From the NCBI GenBank assembly GCA_964016885.1, contig OZ024745.1:33728001-33792000 (forward strand): a DNA stretch of 64,000 nt, written 5' to 3'. A model generated the notes under the pieces. The model saw nothing but the letters and a program-made list of their open reading frames with translations. It made no database searches and had not been told where the DNA came from. Positions 51,234 through 64,000 of this stretch are shown one piece after another (the stretch's first letter is position 1; every line of letters begins with the position of its first letter). The translations under genes were made by a program, and so were the position numbers. The stretch comes from Eledone cirrhosa. Lineage: Eukaryota.

Positions 51234-51844
51234 GTCAGGTCACCAGTTGGTGCTACTGGTAACATGTATTCCAGTACAACCTGTCCCATGGTCGGGTCGT
51301 TGGCGACTAAACTGGCAACCCCACCAAGGTTTCTTGGTGAGGAGGGTGACTTTGGACATCCTGCAGGACTAAAAACAAAACCTGTCAAAAGGCAAAGGAG
51401 CTCTTAAGAGTCAATGCCCATCCAAAATCACCGGGAGAGATGATCCCTTAGCCTTTGTCAAGGCAGAATTCTAGGAGAAGGAAAACTCTGATATAACACC
51501 TGCAACCCTGATGGTATCCAATGATGTTGACTTGTTCTTCTTTTTGGTAAATATCATCTTGGTTAAGAGAGTGGGACTGGCTTTGTGCAGTGCCTTTGCT
51601 CACTATAAAAGCTTCACGGCACAGGCATTGCTTTATATCTGGAGATCTCACTGCATTTGTCGTCACATGGTACCATGGGCCCAGCACTATGTGTCAATAA
51701 TTGTCACAAGTGTAGTGTTTGTACCAGAGCTTTCAAGTCGCTGGCTGGACTAAAAAGTCACACTCGTTCAGCGCATCAGTAGGGGTTCTCCTACATGGAT
51801 ATAAAGTAGTGGCCGTACTCGAAAACGAGTTGGCAGCCACCATG
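51234..51844 (+). mobile_element. Non-autonomous RTE-derived element, longest copy 4, in the LINE's (TATG)n tail
   Basis: Extends ~55 bp further 5' than copies 1 and 2. Confidence 0.85.
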
Positions 51845-52072
51845 TATGTATGTATGTATGTATGTATGTATGTATGTATGTATGTATGGATGGATGGGCT
51901 AAAAAGCCACATTCGATCGCAGCGCTGTTAGTTGCTATCGTGTGTGTGTGTATAGATATGTTTATGTGTGTGCGTGTGTGTATATATTTATATATATATA
52001 TGTATATTATTATTGTTGTTGTCGTTATTATTGTTGTTATTATTATTATTATTATTATTATTGTTATTAATA

Positions 52073-52182
<110 letters not shown>

Positions 52183-52297
52183 GGAAAATTTGAACAGGAA
52201 CAAAACAGAGAGGCAGTACAACGAATGTTTATTCATTTCACGCTCTGGAGAGTGGGGTGGTGGTATAAAAGAATAGAGGTGTAACACACGAGTTATG

Positions 52298-52682
52298 ATA
52301 TATTGGTAAACGGAAAAGAAAATGCTGACAAATTGTTCCCAGTGAAAAATAGTTTAATTAGGAATAAGTAAAAATTAGTAATAGTATTGGTTAGTATTCA
52401 GTTTTGGTTTTAAGTTTTATCGGTTGCGCATTTCTAATGCTTTTTAAAAATAATTTTGAGATAGAGCGCCCGTCATGTTTGCTCTAATCAGATTAGAGCA
52501 AACATGACGGGCGCTCTATCTCAAAATTATTTTTGTAAAGCATTAGAAATGTGCAACCGGTAAAACTTAAAACCAAAACTGAATACTAACCAATACTATT
52601 ACTAATTTTTACTTATTCCTAATTAAACTATTTTTCACTGGAAACAATTTGTCAGCATTTTCTTTTCCGTTTACCAATATAT
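52298..52682. repeat. ~385-bp near-perfect palindrome centred at 52490
   Basis: Arms of ~192 bp, 1-nt spacer (CTCTAATC-A-GATTAGAG), a few mismatches. Confidence 0.93.
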
Positions 52683-52750
52683 TTATATTTTTTTTTTCTC
52701 GTGCAATGGCCATACTCGATAACGAGGGGGCAGCCATCATCATGTATGTA

Positions 52751-52991
52751 TATAAAAGCTTCACGGCACAGGCATTGCTTTATATCTGGAGATCTCTCTG
52801 CACTTGTCGTCACATGGTACCATGGCCCCAGCACTATGTGTCAATGATTGTCACAAGTGTAGTGTTTGTACCAGAGTTTTCAAGTTGCTGGCTGGACTAA
52901 AAAGTCACACTCGTTCAGTGCATCGGTAGGGGTTCTCCTACATGGATATAAAGTAGTGGCCGTACTCGAAAACGAGTTGGCAGCCACCATG
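52751..52991 (+). mobile_element. Non-autonomous RTE-derived element, 3' half (copy 5)
   Basis: Matches 51604-51844; preceded by a second copy of the RTE 3' terminus (~52695-52748). Confidence 0.85.
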
Positions 52992-53702
52992 TATGTATGT
53001 ATGTATGTATGTATGTATGTATGTATGTATGTATGTATGTATGTATGTATGTATGTATGTGTGTATGTATGCGTGTATGTTTTTATGTATGTGTATGTAT
53101 GTATGTGTATGTATGTATGCGTGTATGTCTATTTGTGTGTAAGTATGTATTGTGTATGTATGTACTTATGAGTATTGTATGTGTTCATGTATGTATATCT
53201 ATATATATATATGTGTGTGTATGAATGAATGAGCGCGTGTGAGTGTGCGTGAATGTGTTCATTCCGAGTATATTAAGTGGATTTCAACAAAGAATATAAC
53301 AACCCGATCCTTACATTGCTTCAGGTATATTTTCATTCTCACCATTGTTGCGTCTTTAAATGTAATTCTATACGATCACGAAATCTCTGTTAATATCTCA
53401 CAGAGAAAATATTCGTTCGTAAGTGTCTGTATAAAAAAAAATATATATATCATATAGCATAAAGGGTAAAATGGAACCCTGCGGAAATTGAATTCACTGT
53501 GTAACTAAATACTTGAAAGGCTGCTGTATGGCCAAATGGTTAACAAGCCTGCTTCGCAAGCATTAAATCCCGGGTTCGGTCCCACTGCGTTGCGTCTTGG
53601 GCATGTGTCATTTACCATATTCTCAGGTCGGCTCATGCCGAAACTGGGTAGATAGAAACTCCAAAGAGTATATGAAAACTCATTCTATTATCTCATAAAT
53701 TA

Positions 53703-53915
53703 GGGCGTTAGATTGGCAGTATCCGCTAAGCGCCAGACACCATGCTTCGCGACATAGAGTTATGTCCCTTTACGTTCTGAGTTCAAATCCCGTCAGGTTA
53801 TCTTTGCCTTTCATCTCTACAGGGGTCGATAAAATAAAGTACCAGTCACGCACTGGGGTCGATTTAATCGACTTCTTCCTCCGTCAAATGGCTTGATTTG
53901 TGTGAATAGTAGAAA
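53703..53915 (+). mobile_element. SINE family 1
   Basis: Family consensus; absent from the paralogous segment at 62640-62862. Confidence 0.78.
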
Positions 53916-54514
53916 TCATTTTGAAACAACTAGCTCCAGTGTCGGATCAACGAATACTTTTAAATTATATTATGTTTTCCCGTTTGAGGATTGAGCTGGG
54001 ATAGTCTCGGATCAACCCTAGCTTTGTGAGTGAAATTGAACAGGCAGAAACTGTTTGGAAGCCCTTTAGATGAACTGTACATGTAATTGAAAGGACACGC
54101 AATATGTCATGCTGAATAATTTTAAGAATTTCGTTATGGTTACACGTGTTTGTGAAATACTAAATGATTTATTATTATCTTGAAATGCAGAATTCACACT
54201 CCCCCGGAGAATAATGGAGAAGAGATATTATATCACATAGACTTTATTAATTTAGTAATAAAGGTTTCACATACGTTATATAAACTATAATCGTATATTA
54301 TGCTTACAACCACGAATAAGACACCTGATGATGTCACGAGATCATAGTGATCAAAATCTAATGCAAATATATGTCCATATACAACTAAAGCTATCAGTAA
54401 ATATTGTTTGTATCTTTCACAGTTTTAGTGAAAACAGCCCGTTGAAACACAAAAAAGTTTCTACTTATAAACTCTTAAATGCAAGCTGTTTTTGGTAAAA
54501 TAACCTCCAATATA

Positions 54515-54840
54515 AGGTGGTGAATTGGCATAGTCGTTAGAACACTGGAAAGAGTGTTTTGCGGTATTCGTCTCAGTTTTCTGCTCTCCGAGTTCAAATC
54601 CCGCCGAAATCAACTTTGCCTTTCATCTATTCGAGGTCTATAAAAATGTACCAGTCTAGTACTGAGGTCGATTCTTCGTCTATATCTCTTTCTCACTTCT
54701 ATTCTCTCCCTCCCTATCCTTCTCTGGAAGAAATCTGCTGTATTTAGACTTGGAGAGGAGATGGGCTCCACTGGGTTAAAAACTGCCCTAGAAACACCGT
54801 ATATTAATGCGGTGCCCCTACAAATCCCTCGGGAGGTACG
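54515..54840 (+). mobile_element. SINE family 1 long variant
   Basis: Head + Nin-like domain + CT linker + GGAAGAAATCTGCTGTATTTAGAC tail. Confidence 0.65.
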
Positions 54841-55109
54841 GGACGATACTATAAATACAATGTCCAGTATAAAACCATATTTTATGAATACGGAAAAGTC
54901 ATTTCCAGTCATTCACGAAAAAGAATCAATAGAAAGTAACGCATGCGCTCACAACTACACAGGTACACATATGAAAATAGAAACACACACATACTTACAA
55001 ATAAAAGACTCAGACACATAGACAGGACACATACTTGTCAACAATTCATACAAAAGATCATAACTGGGCGTGCGTGTAAAGTCAAATCATAGAACAACAC
55101 CTACACATA

Positions 55110-55455
55110 CATTCTTCTTCGTCCAGCGGGTCCTATCAGAGGCTACCGTCTCTAACTGACCCGGTTGGATCCCCAAGCAAGAGCAACTAAGCTCATGGAT
55201 GTTATCCAACCATCTTGCTCGAGCTCTACCCCTCGGTCTCTCGCCGGTTGATTTTGCCTCTAAAATCTGCCCAGCGATTCTTTCCTGAGACATTCTAACC
55301 ACATGCTCATAGTAATGGTGGTGTTATCTCCGGAGAAGTAGTGAAGTGATTCTATGACCTCAGAGTTACACACTCTATCGACCCTTCGCAGGAATCCCAT
55401 TTCAGCCACTTGTATTCACGATCGTATTGTTTCGGTCATTACCCAAGATTCAATA
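55110..55455 (-). pseudogene. Decayed RTE-type LINE 3' fragment
   Basis: HVVRMSQERIAGQILEAK..GERPRGRARARWLDNI; same family as 8410-9040. Confidence 0.75.
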
Positions 55456-55777
55456 ACTACACAATATGAAACAGAATCACAAGCAGCATTATACTTTCAC
55501 ACTTATTTTTATTAAAATAAAATTTAACTATGTAGGTTATAGAGGCGTCGGATTAAACATGTTCTGGTATCTATTCCCGTTTACTGTGTTTTGAGTTCGA
55601 ATCCCACTAAGGTCAACCTTGTCTTTTATTCTTTCGAGGTCGATAAAGGAGTACCAATCTAGTACTGGGTCAATGTATATTTTGGAAGAAATTGGCTGTG
55701 TACTGACCTTGAGAAAAATGAACACTGCAAGGTTTAGAGTGCCCAAGACAAGACGTGTGACAGGACGGTGACCCCTA

Positions 55778-55854
<77 letters not shown>

Positions 55855-55856
<2 letters not shown>

Positions 55857-56731
55857 CTTTTTTTAGCCGTTGTTCGCACCAACCTGAGGCATATGGCCCT
55901 TAAAGCGATGAAATGCCGAGGACGGTTGGAGGGTCACTGATGAAGGACTCACTTTTTCATATGTATCCCATTTGCAACGCCGCAGCTCCATTATTATCAT
56001 CATATTTACACATATTACTTTTCCATGCTGCCTGTCTGTTTCGTTCCTTGTATCTCTACCACTTCTAGCAGTCTCCCTCTGTTACCCTCTCCTCAACTTT
56101 CACTCACTCATTCTCTGTCACTACCTCTCCTCCTCCTCTTTCCTCCTCCTCCTTCAAGTTTGACCTGTGTGTAATTCTTTTCTCGCGCAGTCTTGACCGA
56201 GCTGGTATGGAATTTTTTTTCTCTCTCTCTTTCGTCTGTGACTTCACAAAACTTGCGTTTACCGAATTCGCAGACCAGACCACCTTATCTTCTTCTTCTT
56301 CTTCTTCTTCTTCTTCTTCTTCTTCTTCTTCTTCTTCTTCTTCTTCTTCTTCTTCTTCTTCTTCTTCTTCTTCTTCTTCTTCTTCTTCTTCTTCTTCTTC
56401 TTCTCTCCTTTCTCTGTCTCTCTCTCTCTCTTTTTTCCCCCCGTCAAACTTGGGCGAAATTCTTTCCTTGCTCACATTTCTACCAGGTTCGATGGTCTTT
56501 CGTCTCTTGTTCACGATTTCACAGAGTTTATATTCATAGAGATCTGGGACTTGTCTATTTCTACTCACTTTCCGTTGCTTAAACCCTTTTTGTTGTTACT
56601 CTAGCGTCCCCCTTTATTTACGTGTCCCAACGACTTTTTTTAGCCGTTGTTCGCACCAACCTGAGGCATATGGCCCTTAAAGCGATGAAATGCCGAGGAC
56701 GGTTGGAGGGTCACTGATGAAGGACTCACTT

Positions 56732-56737
<6 letters not shown>
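55855..56737 (+). mobile_element. TA-embedded element with ~105-bp direct terminal repeats and internal (TTC)n
   Basis: 55855-55960 is repeated at 56632-56737. Confidence 0.8.
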
Positions 56738-56819
<82 letters not shown>

Positions 56820-56923
56820 TTGGGGAGGGTCATATTGTTGTAATAATATTGCTGTTATATATATATATATATATATATACATAAATTGTTTTTGTTTTAC
56901 TGTCTTTGTGCCCTTTTGCCTCA

Positions 56924-57767
56924 TCTATATATATATATAAAACTGAGGATGTCTGTCTGTGTGTGTGTGAGTTTGAATCCCTAAAACTCGAGAAACACCC
57001 AACCGACTGTTTTCAAACTTTACACATGTAATACTTATGTTTCAGGGAGTGTTCTGAGCAAAGAAAAATTCAAATTTTCAATGCCCTAGGGATCACATTA
57101 GGCGATTTAACGATTTCTCTCTATAATTCTTAGTCTTTCTCTTTTTAGATAGATACATACATATAACGTTGCGCCCTTATAATATCTGTCTGTGTGTCTG
57201 GCTGTCTGTATAACGTCACTTCCCTTAGGATGTCTGTCTGTGTGTGTGTCTGTGAGTTTGAATCCGTAAAACTCGAGAAGTACCCAACCGATTTTTCAAA
57301 CTTTACATGTGTATTACTTATGTCCTAATGCCCGCATTAGGTGAAAAACTGCGTTTTTTAACATTTTTAGGGGTTTTCTGAGGCGTTACGTCAGACCGAT
57401 TTCCTTGAAATTGTAACTATGTATCAGTCAGTCTCTTCTTCATACCGTGAGCAAAGAAAATCCAACTTTTTAGGTGAAAAACTTCATTTTTTTCAGCTTT
57501 TTAGGGTTTAGCCGATTTTCCCGAAATTTCAAGGCATATTATGCACATAAAAAAAATCATTTTCTTGATCCCCTAGAGCCCGCATTAGGTGAAAACCTGC
57601 ATTTTTCCTGCTTCATCGAGGAAAATCTTAAAGATTATCCAGCCATCAGAGTATTCGGTTTATTTTCTTTACATATTGTCCAGGCATGCAGTTTCTCCAC
57701 GATTAGGTCTGTTGGCGGCTCGCCTTCCAAAATACCTTATCCCGTGCAACGCCGAGTACCACTGCTA

Positions 57768-57768
<1 letters not shown>
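56924..57768 (+). mobile_element. Non-autonomous Helitron family B with internal duplications
   Basis: A|TCTATATATA...AAAACTGAGGATGTCTGTCTG 5' end; CCCGTGCAACGCCGAG...CTAG|T 3' end. Confidence 0.8.
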
Positions 57769-57809
<41 letters not shown>

Positions 57810-58745
57810 TTTTTGTCCGTGTGTATATGTGTATGTGTGTGTGTGTATGAATGTGTTTGTGTGTTTACTCTTACTGTTTGGTTATGTCCCGTAACTTAGC
57901 AGTTTAACAAATAGAGATTGATAAAACAAATACCAGACTTGAAAGAAATGATTACTGGGGTTGATTTGATCGACTAAATCCTTTGAAGGCGTTGCTACAG
58001 CATGGTCGCAGTGTAATGACTGGAACGAATGAAATAATTAAAAAGAATAAAAGAATTACCATGATTCTCATTCAGCAAGTTGACTAACAACTTATAGCTT
58101 CATTTCCCGGACAACGCCGAGTATATTTCTTAACACATTGTAAAGTTGAGGTTAATAGTCTTGGAAATTACTCTCTTCTTACCACATATAGTAGTTTTAT
58201 ATGAAGCTCGAAAAACAACAGCAACCACAGTACCAAGATGATTCTTTCCGGTGTTAAGCTATCAATCAATAAATCAATCAATCAAATAATTTAATTACAA
58301 CCATTTACAATCCTCATCAATTACACTTAGGAAAATCAATAAACTTTGCATAATGATCAACTTTTTCAATGTCTTTATTCTCTCTTTCCTCGTCTTCCCC
58401 CTCTTTATTCTTCTCCACCTTATCGTTACTAACAGAAACACTATCAGCTGCACTACTATAAATTATGTAAACAGACCGGAAAATGCTTTGTAAAAATGTT
58501 TTGAATATAGTTTTGTTCCTAACGTTGAACACTCTATCTCTAGTTGGTGATAAAATCTCTAATTATCACAAAGGACGTACTTTAAAAACTCTTCGTCCTA
58601 AAACATAGTTCCACATTAAACGTTTTGTTGCCATATTTCTGATGAAAGACGCTGACTATGATTTTCAAATAATTTTGAAAATAATCAAGAATTTGGAAGT
58701 ATTTAGTAATATAACGATTCTTTTCATTATTTATCTGGTATTTGA

Positions 58746-58904
58746 GGGCGGTGAATTGGCAGTATCGATATCCCGCCGAGGTTAGCTTTGCCTTTCATCC
58801 TTACGGGGGTCGATAAAATAAAGCACCAGTAATGCACTGGGATCGATTTAATCGACTTTCCCCTTCCTCTTCAAATTGCTGGCCTTGTGCCTAAAATAGA
58901 CACA
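58746..58904 (+). mobile_element. SINE family 1, internally deleted, with TSD
   Basis: ATTATTTATCTGGTATT on both sides. Confidence 0.8.
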
Positions 58905-59154
58905 ATTATTTATCTGGTATTAAGCACACACTCCCACAAAAGCTTCTGCTTCTTTCATCATTAAATTATAAACACTTTAGATAAATATAGACACTTTAAA
59001 ATAATCAATTTTCTTTTTGGATTGATTTCAAGTAGTTCGAAATTAATCAAGAATTTTGAAAGAATTAGTAATAAAATAAACTTTTCGATTATTTATCTGT
59101 TGTTTAAAACATAACAAAAATTCCTACATTAAATTATGATGAAAGGTTTTCAGA

Positions 59155-59589
59155 TCTAAACTATAATAAAGTAAGAAGCGCGGGACTGTGTACGGTTTAT
59201 AATTTTTTATCCCATTAGTAAAATAAGTTGGATTATTTTGAATAAATAATGAATGAATATTACATAATTTATCTACTAAATTTCGTGATTGTTCATTAAA
59301 TATATTTTATTATTTATTTACAGATTTACTTCTTTAAAATTTTTAAATGTCAACACTTCCGGTGGCGATCGCTTAAATAAACATATTAATTTTCTGTCAC
59401 TAATTTTCTCCTAATGCAGTTTATATATAATATCGTCTTTTTTTGTTAATGTATCATGGATTACGTTACTGATTACATAAGTCATTGTAACGCAGTCTTC
59501 GTTCAATTTCTGTGTATATTGTCAATTACGATTTTATTTGACGTATCATACTACATGTATATATACTTGAGGGGTTGTTTTTCTGCTAG
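59155..59589 (+). mobile_element. Non-autonomous Helitron family A
   Basis: A|TCTAAACTATAATAAAG ... TTTTCTGCTAG|T; the 5' arm of the terminal hairpin is deleted. Confidence 0.8.
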
Positions 59590-59865
59590 TAAATATAAAG
59601 ACCTTAAAATATACAGTTTTGTAGTGTAGATTCAAGCAGTTTGATATGGAAAAGGTTAATAACTATGGTTTCATCTGAAATTTCACCCGAATATCGAAAC
59701 GAAAGTGATAGTGGTATCTATCATAATGGTTTCTGATTTAGGCACAAGGCCAACGATTTTATCGACCTCATTGAATATTATACTCCAGAAAATTCTGTCG
59801 AGTGCTTTGAATCAGTTATAAACATTTATATTTGTTGAATTACCAACAAATTGAATATCCCTTTT

Positions 59866-59978
<113 letters not shown>

Positions 59979-60021
59979 TATGAATATTAATAAATGGAAA
60001 ATATCTTTATAAATCCATGTT

Positions 60022-60082
60022 TATTTTATTATACTCTATTTCAAGGTACTAATATCTAAGTACGCTTTCGTCAGATAAAATA
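60022..60082 (-). ncRNA. Minimal type I hammerhead ribozyme
   Basis: Minus: TATTTTAT-CTGACGA-[aagcgtact/agtacctt]-GAAA-TAGAGTA-TA-ATAAAATA, followed by a PLE-like 3' terminus and (TA)n. Confidence 0.85.
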
Positions 60083-60627
60083 TAATATTTGGTGTTAAGA
60101 TAGTGACATATCTTCACGTGAACTTAATGGTATAAGTTCAGTGAAGATAGTGAATTGAAAAATTAAAAACTCAAGGGATATATGTAAATGAGGATAACAT
60201 TAAAACTGAAAAAAGCCGTTAAATTTAGACGCTTGATGAATTTTAAAAATTCTTATTTATATTGTTTATGGGTTTGCTAATTATAGGTTGAAAAATTATT
60301 GTAGGGTTATTTTAGAGTTAGTTATAGATATATACACCCAAAGATATATACATGAGTTTAGAAGGAATCACATAATTATACTTATTTATTTTTTATTTTT
60401 TTAAATATATATTTTAAGAATATGGATGTATTTAAAATATTTAGATGAGAATTATAATATATTGTATTAAATTATAAACTATTAATTCGTTAAAACAATT
60501 ACAACAATATAATATTTATGTAGTTATGTGAATGAATATACATCGTATTTACATATATATATATATATACGAGTGCATTTATTTTTTTGCATATATTTTA
60601 ATACTATGTAATTATAAACATAATGTA

Positions 60628-60812
60628 TTTGGCAGTATCAGTAGAGGGTCGGACGCCATGCTTTGACGTATAGAGTTACGACCCTTGCCATTCTGAGTTC
60701 AAATCCCGCCGAGGTTAACTTTGCCTTTCATCCTTACGGGGTCGATAAAATAAAGTACCAGTAATGTACTGGGTAATTGCTGGCCTTGTGCCCAAAGTAG
60801 AAACAATTATTA
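60628..60812 (+). mobile_element. SINE family 1
   Basis: Family consensus. Confidence 0.82.
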
Positions 60813-63194
60813 TATATCATTAATTAATAAATAATTATTTAGTACATATAAGTGATTATGTGTGTATATATATAGATTTATAAATGAGCGTAAGAGAGAT
60901 CCAGTAATTATATATATGTATTTTATACATATATTTTAAGAATGTGAAAGTGATTGTATTTTTTAAGTAGAAATGTACAGTATTATTGTATAATCTTTTA
61001 TTGCATATGGTTAGTAATATAATATTTAAACAGTTATGCAAGTTGAAATATATCGTATATATAAATTTTGATTGTTGGGGAGATAACTCTAATATTTAGT
61101 ATTTTAAAGAATATGTTAAAAGTATGCTTACGATAGACATTCAATAATAAATTGTTTCATCTAACGTTTAACCTAATTATTAATTATAATTTATATTATA
61201 AATAATTAATATAAGATTTCAGAGCACCATATAGTAAATATGGTTTTGATAATAGTTTTTTTTACATTGTATAAGAAATGTTTCTATGTATTAAATTTTA
61301 AAATATTTTTTTGTTAATAATTTTACCAGGATTGGAAATTTTATATATATATAACAAAAAGAAAAGGTATTGATTGGTCAACCCAAAGCTATAGTAGAAG
61401 ACATTTTCCATTCTCCCAAGGAACCACACAGTAAAACTGAACCCAATACCATGTATTCCGAACCACACTTGTTAACCACTCAGCCATGTCTGTGCCGCTT
61501 ATGCATTTTCTCAACAATTTTGTGGTCAAGTGTTAATACAACAAATCAATATTGTGCCCTAATTCTGGCAGTAAATATGTGACAGTGATAAGCAGGAACA
61601 CCAGAGAATCTATTACCATTTCCAAGTAGTAGTTGTGTCATTTGGTTCCATGCCAAATACGTAGCAACTACATTTTCTATCAGTACTATGAATTCTATGA
61701 CATACATCCACTCTAACATCAAGTTTTTCACATTGACATTTCTCACAAACACCACACTATTGTTTAACATACATAGTTTTAGACAGTTTACATTGTTTAA
61801 TACTGGTAAAAATCGCATGGTGCGTGAATTAGCAGAGTCGTTAGAACGTCAGACAATGCTTTGCTTCCTGAGGGCAATTCCTGCCGAACATTGACTTTGA
61901 TTCTTCCACGGTCGATAAAAAGTACCAATTGATTTTTTCTCTATATCTCTTTCTTACTCTCTCTCTTTTTCTCTGAAAGAAATCGGCTGTGTTCAGACCT
62001 GGAGCAGAGATGGGTTTTGTCAGGTTTAAATTGCCCAAGACACGCCGTATCTCACGAATCCAGCAGCAGGCACGTCCATACATGTATTGTATGGACGTGC
62101 CTCCTATTTCCCGCCTCTTTTCTGTTTTTTTTTCTTTTATATGTTTACTTTTTGGGGTTTTATCTTTCTTTTTATCATAGTAATATTGTAAATAAATTTA
62201 ACACACACAAAGTAACACTCTCTAAAAAGCAGCTCGACATAATATCTGGACCTTAAATGGACGTTATCTACCACCCAAATAAGCCGCAGCTAGATTCGAG
62301 CACAGACCACATCGGACCGTATCAAATGTCGCAAATCATCTTATCTGATACTTTTGCAATCTTATCAATGCACTGGCCTGGATTTGTACTTCATTTAGTG
62401 ATTTCGAAAGGATGAAAAGCAAATTTGACGTTGGTAGGATTTAAACTAAGAGATCGCAAGACATTTTGCTTTCCGCTGTAACATTTCTGCTAGTTCCCTT
62501 TTGGGAAGAAATCCGTAATATACTATCTATTTAAACTTCACAAAAATGTTTAGTTTACTTTTGAATCAAATGGTTTATCTCTTACAATAATTTTATTGAA
62601 CGTACCGAGGTGTCTATTTTATCAGTTCGGAGTATTTTGTGTGGGCGCAGGATAGTCGTGTGGTTAAGACCCCAGGGTCGATTCCACTGCGTGGCGTCTT
62701 GGACATGTGTCATTTACCATAGCCTTTTGATGGCTCATTCCTTGTATATTAAAACTCATTCTATTATTTCATATATCGAAACAAATATCTCCAGTGTAGG
62801 ATCAACGAATACTTTTTAATTATATCCAGCACATGTTTTCTCGTTTGAGGAATGAGCTGGGATGAAAAGTGTAGACGTTCAACAACTGTCAGGCTGTCTC
62901 TAGTCCATATTATCCCCTTTCGACGTATCATTAAAAAGTAAAGCACACAGATGTGCTAATGAGGAAGCTTCTAATGTAGTTACTCGACTAAATGAAAATA
63001 GCAGTCACATCTCTCTAAATTCATAACTAAATTGGCATCCGCCTTAAACATAAAAAAGGACTCATGACATAACAAAGTCTTAAAAAGACAAATGCCCAAG
63101 ATTGACATACTTTTGATTATTGGTTTTCTCGATCAAGGATGGTCTGAGGTTAAACAACAAGAACACCTGCACTTTCTAATCACATAAGGCAGAA

Positions 63195-63424
63195 TGTGGA
63201 AGGGAAAGTCGATTAACTCGACCCAGTACTTGCCTGGTACTTTATTTTATCGACTTTCGCCAAAAAAGAAAGAAGAAAAACAAAAAAACAAAAACAAAAA
63301 CAAAAACCAAAGGTTACAGTTAAAGTTGACCGAAGCGGGATTTGAACTCATAATATAATGCATAGTAACTAAATACCAGAGAGTATTATTATTTGAAGTT
63401 CTAACGATTCTGCCAATCCACCGC
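63195..63424 (-). mobile_element. SINE family 1, decayed, with A-rich insert
   Basis: CTGGTACTTTATTTTATCGAC...GCGGGATTTGAACTCA...CTGCCAATCCACCGC. Confidence 0.65.
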
Positions 63425-64000
63425 TCATTACGACATTACCAACAAGCAGTGATTTATCGTACAATGTGTAATGTAACTGTCTGAACATGTTTTAGTCTCT
63501 TAACTGTCCAGTCAATTATATATCCTATCTGCCATGTCTCTTACTATATATATATATATTGATTGTTATAATTCTAAATATTTTTTCCTTTACTCTCTTG
63601 TCTGTCCATAAACCTTGCTCAAGTGCAGCTATTTTCTATTTCCGTATCATTTTTTTTTTTGGAAAGACGTCAAAACACGTGTTGAAACGACTTATTAAAT
63701 TCTGTTCCTAGTTCATAAGTCGTCGAGAGGACGGCCATAATGAAATATCTCTGTACACGTCTCCTCTGCACTCCACCCCACTTGATGCAGAAACTACCTC
63801 CTTCATAATCTTGTATAGTAAGAGAGGCTGACTGGTTATGGCGTCCACTTCGCAAGCATGAGGACTCGCGTTCGTTCTTATTGCATGGCATCAAGGGCAA
63901 GCGGCTTTACCATAGCCTGAAATCGACTGAAGCATTGTGAGTGCAATTGGTCAAACGGAAACTATGTGGAAGCTCTCCCCAATCCACCACTGTCGGATGA

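Noticed and set aside
51234-51320. HDV-like ribozyme at the 5' end of the RTE-derived element (CCAGT...CTAA-ACTGG)
   Set aside because: P2/P4-like pieces are visible but no room exists for a proper P1 helix.
55910-55990. CTGATGA in the permuted repeat family (also 42410, 56714)
   Set aside because: No downstream GAAA closing a stem II and no valid stem III; not called as an HHR.
56104-56582. Poly-E, poly-S, poly-K and poly-L ORFs
   Set aside because: Translation of (TTC)n repeat.

Overview
AT-rich, microsatellite-saturated metazoan DNA. The TA/TATG/CA tract density and repeat content suggest an octopus or other cephalopod, which is inference only. No host protein-coding gene is supported; almost all listed ORFs are translations of simple repeats. 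The window is a mosaic of mobile elements: two Penelope-like elements (PLEs), a GC-rich CRE-type RT/restriction-like-endonuclease retrotransposon with an inverted 5' part and a 17-bp TSD, and a near full-length decayed RTE LINE ending in three C2H2 fingers. It also holds five copies of a non-autonomous element built from RTE-like 5'UTR and 3' tail, R4/Dong and RTE remnants, two mariners, a hAT MITE, two non-autonomous Helitron families and many tRNA-derived SINEs. The main hidden signal is at least eight minimal type I hammerhead ribozyme (HHR) motifs with an intact CUGANGA...GAAA...UA core and pairable stems, plus several half or decayed ones. One lies in the inverted terminal copy of the ORF-bearing PLE; the rest sit in short non-coding modules within or beside (TA)n tracts, several as fold-back palindromes. 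All structures were paired by eye, and boundaries of decayed repeats are approximate.
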